A stretch of DNA of 11,528 nucleotides. It comes from an archaeon (lineage in GTDB: Archaea > Iainarchaeota > Iainarchaeia > Iainarchaeales > CSSED10-239). The notes under the pieces were generated by a model. That model had not been told where the DNA came from and ran no database searches. It saw nothing but the letters and a program-made list of their open reading frames with translations. The stretch spans positions 1 through 11,528 of the forward strand of contig DAOPNM010000012.1 in the NCBI GenBank assembly GCA_035357435.1, written 5' to 3'. The position numbers and the translations under genes are program-made. Shown piece after piece: positions 6,758 through 11,528 of this stretch (position 1 is its first letter; each line of letters starts with the position of its first letter).

Positions 6758-6803
6758 TTTGTTATAAATTATTTTATTTTTTTAAGAAAGGAGTTGATTA
6801 TTT

Positions 6804-8165
6804 ATGTGTGCAAATGTTATTAAAAATAAATATTATGATAATATTGGTTTGTGTTCTCCAACTATTTTGTTGCCTAATAAAACAGTTGATTATACAAAAT
6901 GGTCAGTAATTGCAGTTGATCAATATACCTCTGATCTAGGATATTGGGAATCTGTTAAAACAATTGTTGGTAATTCCCCATCTACTTTCCACATAGTTTT
7001 TCCAGAAATTTATTTAGATACTCCAGATAAAGATGAAAGAATTAAAAATATAGTTAAAACAATGAATGATTATTTATCTTCTAATTTGTTTGATGAATAT
7101 AATGGTTTTATTTATGTTGAAAGAAAATTAAATAATGGAAAGATAAGAAAAGGATTAGTTGTTGCTTTAGATTTAGAACAATATGATTTTAATAAAGGTT
7201 CAAAAACATTAATTAGAGCAACAGAAGGTACTATTTTAGAAAGATTACCACCAAGAATAGCTATTAGAAAAGATGCACCATTAGAATGCCCACATATAAT
7301 GGTATTAATTGATGATCCAAAAGGAAAAGTTATTGATTTTTTAGAAACAAAAAAAGAAGATATGCAAAAATTATATGATTTTGAATTAATGATGAATGGA
7401 GGGCATTTACAAGGATATCTAGTTAAACCAAGTTTAGAAAAAAAAATTGTGAAAAATTTACAAAAATTAGCCTCTCCTGAAAGACTTATAAAAAAATATA
7501 AATTACCATCTTCTGATTTTCCAATTCTTTTATATGCAATGGGTGATGGGAATCATTCATTAGCAACTGCAAAAGCAATTTGGGAAGATGTAAAAGATAA
7601 TGCAATAGATAAACAAGCAATTATGCAAGATCCAAGAAGATATGCACTTGTGGAATTAGTAAACATACATGATGAGTCATTAGACTTTGAAGCAATACAT
7701 CGTGTTTTATTTAATTTAAATAAAGATATTGTTAAAGAAATGAAAACATATTTTGGAGATTCATTTAGATTACAAAAAAATATATCAAAAGAACAAATGA
7801 TTGAAAAAGTAAAAAAAGATAAACAAAAAACAAAACATTTGATTGGTTTTATTAATGAAAAGGGATTTAATTTAATTAAAATTAAAAATCCAAAATCAAG
7901 TTTACCAGTTGGCACATTACAAGATTTTTTAGATCAGTTTATAAGCAATAAATTTGCAGAAAAAATTGATTATGTCCATGGTGATGATACAGTTATTTCA
8001 TTATCAGCAAAACAAAATAATTGTGGATTTTATTTGCCACCAATCTCTAAAAAACAATTTTTTAAAAGTGTAATTTTAGATGGTGCACTTCCAAGAAAAA
8101 CCTTTTCAATGGGTGAAGCTAATGATAAAAGGTTTTATATGGAATGTAGAAAGATAAAAAATTAA
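6804..8165 (+). CDS. DUF1015-family protein (conserved protein of unknown function)
   Basis: The 453 aa ORF has an SD-like AAAGGAG at 6787-6793. The N-terminal block (WSVIAVDQYTS...FHIVFPE) and the central block (IRATEGTILERLPPRIAIRKDAPLECPHIMVLIDDP, then LLYAMGDGNHSLATAKA) resemble DUF1015 as I remember the family. This is a by-eye assignment. Confidence 0.55.
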   Translation: MCANVIKNKYYDNIGLCSPTILLPNKTVDYTKWSVIAVDQYTSDLGYWESVKTIVGNSPSTFHIVFPEIYLDTPDKDERIKNIVKTMNDYLSSNLFDEYNGFIYVERKLNNGKIRKGLVVALDLEQYDFNKGSKTLIRATEGTILERLPPRIAIRKDAPLECPHIMVLIDDPKGKVIDFLETKKEDMQKLYDFELMMNGGHLQGYLVKPSLEKKIVKNLQKLASPERLIKKYKLPSSDFPILLYAMGDGNHSLATAKAIWEDVKDNAIDKQAIMQDPRRYALVELVNIHDESLDFEAIHRVLFNLNKDIVKEMKTYFGDSFRLQKNISKEQMIEKVKKDKQKTKHLIGFINEKGFNLIKIKNPKSSLPVGTLQDFLDQFISNKFAEKIDYVHGDDTVISLSAKQNNCGFYLPPISKKQFFKSVILDGALPRKTFSMGEANDKRFYMECRKIKN

Positions 8166-8233
8166 TTTTTTTAATTATTTTTTTATTTAAAATAAATATC
8201 TTGTTTAAAAGAATTAAAAAAAAAGGTGAAAAT

Positions 8234-8818
8234 ATGAGTGAAACAATAACTAATTTAACAAAAGCATTTATTGGGGAATCAATGGCAAGAAATAGATACA
8301 CTTTTTATGCAAAGATTGCCCAAAAAGAAGGTTATGAGCAAATCTCTAATATTTTTTTGGAAACTGCAGAACAGGAAAGGGAGCATGCAAGTAATCTATT
8401 TAAATTGATTAATGAATTGAAACAGAAAGAAAATAAAAAAATAACTTCTATAAATGTAGAAACAGAAGCAAATGTAGTTTATGGAGATACGCAAGAGAAT
8501 CTTAAAGCAGCTATTGATGGAGAACACTATGAAAATTCTTCAATGTATCCTTCATTTGCAGATGTTGCTGAAAAAGAAGGTTATCAAGCCATAGCTAACA
8601 AATTGAGAGCGATTGCAATTGCAGAAAAACATCATGAAGAAAGATATCTAAAGTTATTAAAGGAAATATCTAATGATACAGTTTTCAAAAAAACAAATAA
8701 AGTTTATTGGGTATGTCTAAAATGTGGATATATGGAAGAAGGCACAACCCCTCCAAAAGAATGTCCATCATGCGGCCATGCTTATTCTTTTTTCCAAGTT
8801 AAATGTGAAAATTATTAA
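8234..8818 (+). CDS. rbr: Rubrerythrin (diiron ferritin-like domain plus C-terminal rubredoxin-like domain)
   Basis: The diiron ligand blocks are present ([30 protein letters not shown]), as is the C-terminal CxxC...CxxC (CLKCGY...CPSCGH). I chose ATG 8234 because GGTGA at 8225-8229 is a good SD. The track's TTG at 8201 adds a basic, non-homologous extension. Confidence 0.92.
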   Translation: MSETITNLTKAFIGESMARNRYTFYAKIAQKEGYEQISNIFLETAEQEREHASNLFKLINELKQKENKKITSINVETEANVVYGDTQENLKAAIDGEHYENSSMYPSFADVAEKEGYQAIANKLRAIAIAEKHHEERYLKLLKEISNDTVFKKTNKVYWVCLKCGYMEEGTTPPKECPSCGHAYSFFQVKCENY

Positions 8819-8831
8819 AGGAGATGATTAT

Positions 8832-8966
8832 ATGACAAAAGTAGGAGAAGTATATCGTTGTAAGATTTGTGGTAATTTAGTTGAAGTAAAAGAATCAGGA
8901 GCTGGTACATTAGTTTGTTGTGGCCAACCTATGGTTCTTGAAAAAGAAAAGAAAAAGAAAAAATAA
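8832..8966 (+). CDS. Desulforedoxin-like small Fe(Cys)4 protein (stand-alone Dx domain), 44 aa
   Basis: [34 protein letters not shown] matches the desulforedoxin / desulfoferrodoxin N-domain pattern (YxCxxCG...VCCG). AAGGAG at 8817-8822 overlaps the rbr stop. The longer track ORF from 8724 runs inside rbr and is not credible. Confidence 0.8.
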   Translation: MTKVGEVYRCKICGNLVEVKESGAGTLVCCGQPMVLEKEKKKKK

Positions 8967-8998
8967 TTTTTCTTTTTTTTTTATTTTTTATTTTTTTT
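8967..8998 (+). terminator. Extended oligo-T terminator after the rbr-dx pair
   Basis: The 32 nt after the stop are almost pure T (TTTTTCTTTTTTTTTTATTTTTTATTTTTTTT). Confidence 0.55.
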
Positions 8999-9012
8999 AA
9001 CAGGATAATTTT

Positions 9013-9633
9013 ATGGATTCACTAATTTCTAAAATAAATGCTTTAAAAAAATCAGAAATTTCTAAACAAATTCATAAAAGATATAATCAATTTCTTAATT
9101 TTAAAAAAACAAACCACAATTTATTTTCTGAACTTTGCTTTTGTATTTTAACTGCAAACTATAATGCAGAAAAAGCAATTGTTATCCAAAATAGTTTAAA
9201 AAAAGATTTTATTTATCTTTCAGAATCTCAATTAGTAAATGCATTAAAAAAATATGGGTATAGATATCCAAATGTCCGTGCAAAATATATTGTATATAAC
9301 AGAAAATACTTTTTTGATCTTAAAAATGTTTTAAAAAAATATTCTGGAGATGACTTGCGAAAATGGTTTGTTGAAAATATAAAAGGATATGGTTATAAAG
9401 AAGCAAGTCATTTTTTAAGAAATATTGGATATGAAGATTATGCAATTATTGATTTTCATATAGTTGATTTACTTATAAAAGAAAACATTATAAAAAAACC
9501 AAAAACGTTAACACCCAAGATATATTTGCAAATTGAAAAAAAATTATATAAGTTAGGAAAAAAATTAAACCTTTCTTTAGGAGAACTAGATTTGTATTTA
9601 TGGTACCTTGAAACAGGAAAGATTTTGAAGTAG
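9013..9633 (+). CDS. ogg: N-glycosylase/DNA lyase, archaeal Ogg2-type 8-oxoguanine DNA glycosylase (HhH-GPD superfamily)
   Basis: ELCFCILTANYNAEKAI and the HhH/catalytic block GYGYKEASHFLRNIGYEDYAIIDFHI (Lys then Asp) match the Ogg2 family as in Methanocaldococcus Ogg. The length of about 206 aa is typical. Confidence 0.8.
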   Translation: MDSLISKINALKKSEISKQIHKRYNQFLNFKKTNHNLFSELCFCILTANYNAEKAIVIQNSLKKDFIYLSESQLVNALKKYGYRYPNVRAKYIVYNRKYFFDLKNVLKKYSGDDLRKWFVENIKGYGYKEASHFLRNIGYEDYAIIDFHIVDLLIKENIIKKPKTLTPKIYLQIEKKLYKLGKKLNLSLGELDLYLWYLETGKILK

Positions 9634-9689
9634 TTTATACAATCTATTTTTAAATGTTTTATACTATTTATTTTTTAAGTTAATATAGC

Positions 9690-9697
9690 TATAAATA
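9690..9697 (+). promoter_or_regulatory. TATA-box-like element (TATAAATA) upstream of pdaD; leaderless-type spacing
   Basis: The element is centred about 28 nt upstream of ATG 9722, and no SD lies between them. Confidence 0.3.
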
Positions 9698-9721
9698 AAA
9701 CTATATCAATTGTGGTTTTAA

Positions 9722-10264
9722 ATGATGATTCCTGAAAAAATATTTTTTACAAAAGGTGTTGGTGTACACAAAGATAAGTTAGCTTCCTTTGAGGCAGCAT
9801 TAAGAAATGCAGGTATTGAGCAATGTAATCTTGTTTATGTTTCTAGTATTCTACCTCCTGATTGCAAAATTATTTCAAAAGAAGCAGGTCTTAAACTTCT
9901 TATGCCTGGTCAAATAACATATTGTGTTATGGCAAGAAATGAAACAAATGAACCAAACAGGTTAGTTTCTGCAGCAATTGGTGTGGCAAACATTACTGAT
10001 AAAGACAAATATGGGTACTTATCAGAGCATCATACTTTTGGAGAAACAGCAAAGGTTAGTGGGGAGTATGCTGAAGATTTAGCAGCAACTATGTTAGCAA
10101 CAACATTAGGTATTTCTTTTGATCCTAATATTGCTTGGGATGAAAGAAAACAAATTTATAAAACAAGTACTTATAAATTTAAGACAAGGAATATTGTTCA
10201 ATCTGCACAAGGAAATAAAAATGGGCAATGGACAACTGTAATTGCTGCAGCAGTTTTTATTTAA
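9722..10264 (+). CDS. pdaD: Pyruvoyl-dependent arginine decarboxylase (proenzyme, self-cleaving at Ser-Ser)
   Basis: [44 protein letters not shown] contains the conserved V-S-S-I-L-P serinolysis site. The length (180 aa) and C-terminal conservation fit PdaD. The start could be 9722 or 9725 (tandem ATGs). Confidence 0.92.
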   Translation: MMIPEKIFFTKGVGVHKDKLASFEAALRNAGIEQCNLVYVSSILPPDCKIISKEAGLKLLMPGQITYCVMARNETNEPNRLVSAAIGVANITDKDKYGYLSEHHTFGETAKVSGEYAEDLAATMLATTLGISFDPNIAWDERKQIYKTSTYKFKTRNIVQSAQGNKNGQWTTVIAAAVFI

Positions 10265-10324
10265 TTTCTATATTTTAAAAACATTATATTTTTGGCAAAC
10301 ATTATTTAAATTGGAAATATATTT

Positions 10325-11518
10325 GTGAAAAAATATAAACAAAATTGGTTGTTGAAAGGATTCACAAGAAATATTCTTCTTTTAGGTTTAATATCTTTAT
10401 TTACGGATTTAGGTTCACAAATGGTTTTTCCCCTTCTTCCATTATTTTTAACAACAGTTATTGGTGCAAGTGCTAGTGTTGTTGGATTAATAGAAGGTGC
10501 CGCAACAACTACAGCAGCATTATTTCAAGTAATTTCTGGTTATCTTTCGGATAAATTTAAAAAAAGAAAACCATTTGTTGTTTTTGGATATTCATTATCA
10601 TCAATTGCAAAACCCTTTTTTGCATTTGCAAAGAAATGGCCATCAGTATTAATCACAAGAATTTTTGAAAGAATAGGCAAAGGGATAAGAGATGCTCCAC
10701 GAGATGCATTAATTGCAGAAACAACACCTAAAACAATACGAGGAAAAACATATGGTATAAGAAGTGCAATGGATGGTATTGGATCTGTTCTTGGAATTCT
10801 ATTATCAATTATTTTATTACCAATTTTTGGTTATAAAAAAGTTTTTTTGTTTACAATTATTCCAGGGATTATAACTATTTTTTTAGTGTTATTAATTAGA
10901 GAAAAACCAATAAAATATTCTACAGATTTAAAACAAAAACAAAAATCATATAAAATTAAATTTTCTTTTAAAAAACTACCACTTAATTTAAAATTATTTA
11001 TTATTGTTGGTGGTATTTTTGCCTTAGGTCAATTTGGTGCTGCATTTTTTTTGTTAAAAGCAAAAAGTGTTGGATTAACTGATTCTGTTGCTTTATGGTT
11101 ATATTTATCTTATTTTATTGCATATGTTTTATTTTCTATCCCTGCAGGATCTCTTTCTGATAAATTTGGAAGGCATTCAATTTTAATAATTGGATTTTTA
11201 TTATTTGGAATAAGTTGTTTTGGTTTAATTTATTCAAATACATTTATTTCTTTATTAATTTTTTTTATACTATATGGTATTTCTTTTGCAATTACAGATA
11301 CTTGTCAAAGAGCATATGTTGTTGATTTGGCACCAACTTCATTAAAGGCAACAGCACTTGGCACATTTAATATGGTTGTTGGATTAGTTGCTCTTCCAGG
11401 GGGGTATATTGCAGGGCATTTATGGGATAAAATATCTCCTCAAACTACATTTATTTATGGAATAATTTTAACGATTATTTCTGTAATTCTTTTTATGTTA
11501 ATTAAAAAAAAGAAATAA
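10325..11518 (+). CDS. Major facilitator superfamily transporter, substrate unknown
   Basis: The 397 aa protein has about 12 hydrophobic segments split by a basic central loop (KPIKYSTDLKQKQKSYKIKFSFKK). MFS motif-A-like sequences follow TM2 (GYLSDKFKKRKP) and sit in the second half (GSLSDKFGRH). The start is GTG. Confidence 0.85.
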   Translation: MKKYKQNWLLKGFTRNILLLGLISLFTDLGSQMVFPLLPLFLTTVIGASASVVGLIEGAATTTAALFQVISGYLSDKFKKRKPFVVFGYSLSSIAKPFFAFAKKWPSVLITRIFERIGKGIRDAPRDALIAETTPKTIRGKTYGIRSAMDGIGSVLGILLSIILLPIFGYKKVFLFTIIPGIITIFLVLLIREKPIKYSTDLKQKQKSYKIKFSFKKLPLNLKLFIIVGGIFALGQFGAAFFLLKAKSVGLTDSVALWLYLSYFIAYVLFSIPAGSLSDKFGRHSILIIGFLLFGISCFGLIYSNTFISLLIFFILYGISFAITDTCQRAYVVDLAPTSLKATALGTFNMVVGLVALPGGYIAGHLWDKISPQTTFIYGIILTIISVILFMLIKKKK

Positions 11519-11528
11519 TGAATTTTTA

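Noticed and set aside
6437-6803. tRNA pair as an integration hotspot (looked for integrase genes and duplicated tRNA 3' halves or att repeats)
   Set aside because: I found no second copy of the 3' segments of either tRNA (for example GACTCCCGTCTAGGGC or GAATCCCATCCTCTGC) anywhere in the window. There is no integrase or transposase ORF.
6673-6909. 78-aa ORF (MQRWRSGQTRQPAKL...) in the track
   Set aside because: Its 5' part is the tRNA-Ser gene read as protein and its 3' part overlaps the DUF1015 gene out of frame. It is an artefact.
7553-7915. 120-aa minus-strand ORF inside the DUF1015 gene
   Set aside because: It is an antisense shadow. The plus-strand frame has coherent conserved blocks and an SD.
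8201-8233. TTG-initiated N-terminal extension of rubrerythrin (MFKRIKKKGEN)
   Set aside because: The extension would cover the GGTGA SD that precedes ATG 8234, and it has no counterpart in rubrerythrins.
8119-8301. 60-aa minus-strand ORF spanning the DUF1015/rbr intergenic region
   Set aside because: It overlaps the ends of two supported plus-strand genes and the promoter between them, and it has no signals of its own.
8724-8831. Upstream extension of the desulforedoxin ORF into rbr
   Set aside because: It lies out of frame inside the rubredoxin-like domain of rbr. The Dx homology begins at ATG 8832, which has its own AAGGAG.
8935-8963. A-rich (GAAAA)n-like tract encoding the poly-Lys tail of Dx, and similar K-tails on the first ORF, DedA and MFS, as possible slippage or phase-variation sites
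   Set aside because: Lysine-rich termini occur on several unrelated proteins here, consistent with AT-driven compositional bias. None of the tracts is a long uninterrupted homopolymer positioned to switch a frame.
1-11528. CRISPR arrays, IS elements, toxin-antitoxin pairs or defence-system genes
   Set aside because: I saw no regularly spaced repeats of 20 bp or more. I saw no terminal inverted repeats flanking an ORF. No small paired ORFs are left unexplained by the annotated genes.

Overview
This is a very AT-rich chromosomal segment that looks archaeal. The evidence is that both tRNA genes lack an encoded CCA, there are TATA-box-like elements about 25-30 nt upstream of genes, transcripts end in oligo-T tracts, and the window carries pyruvoyl arginine decarboxylase PdaD, an Ogg2-type 8-oxoG glycosylase and a FlaI/archaeal-pilus-type ATPase. 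The small compact genes, lysine-rich tails and reduced-looking metabolism fit a DPANN-like or other small-genome anaerobic archaeon, but that placement is inference. I support 13 protein genes and 2 tRNAs. In order they are: a 5'-truncated tail-anchored surface protein (+); a PPC/DUF296-like protein and a divergent Prs-like phosphoribosyltransferase (-); a type IV filament core module, consisting of a secretion ATPase with an unusual Cys-rich N-terminal domain, two single-domain TadB/TadC-like platform genes joined by a TAATG overlap, and an adjacent DedA gene; tRNA-Asp(GTC) and tRNA-Ser(GCT); a DUF1015-like protein; a rubrerythrin / desulforedoxin / ogg oxidative-stress cluster; pdaD; and an MFS transporter. 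I saw no CRISPR array, IS element, integrase or tRNA-derived att duplication. The most interesting items are the ferredoxin-like Cys cluster fused to the pilus ATPase, the pilin-less minimal filament module, three exactly 22-bp-phased AAGATATT repeats in the promoter of the PPC gene, and a Prs homolog whose catalytic motifs look substituted. All homology calls come from by-eye motif recognition and need HMM or BLAST confirmation.
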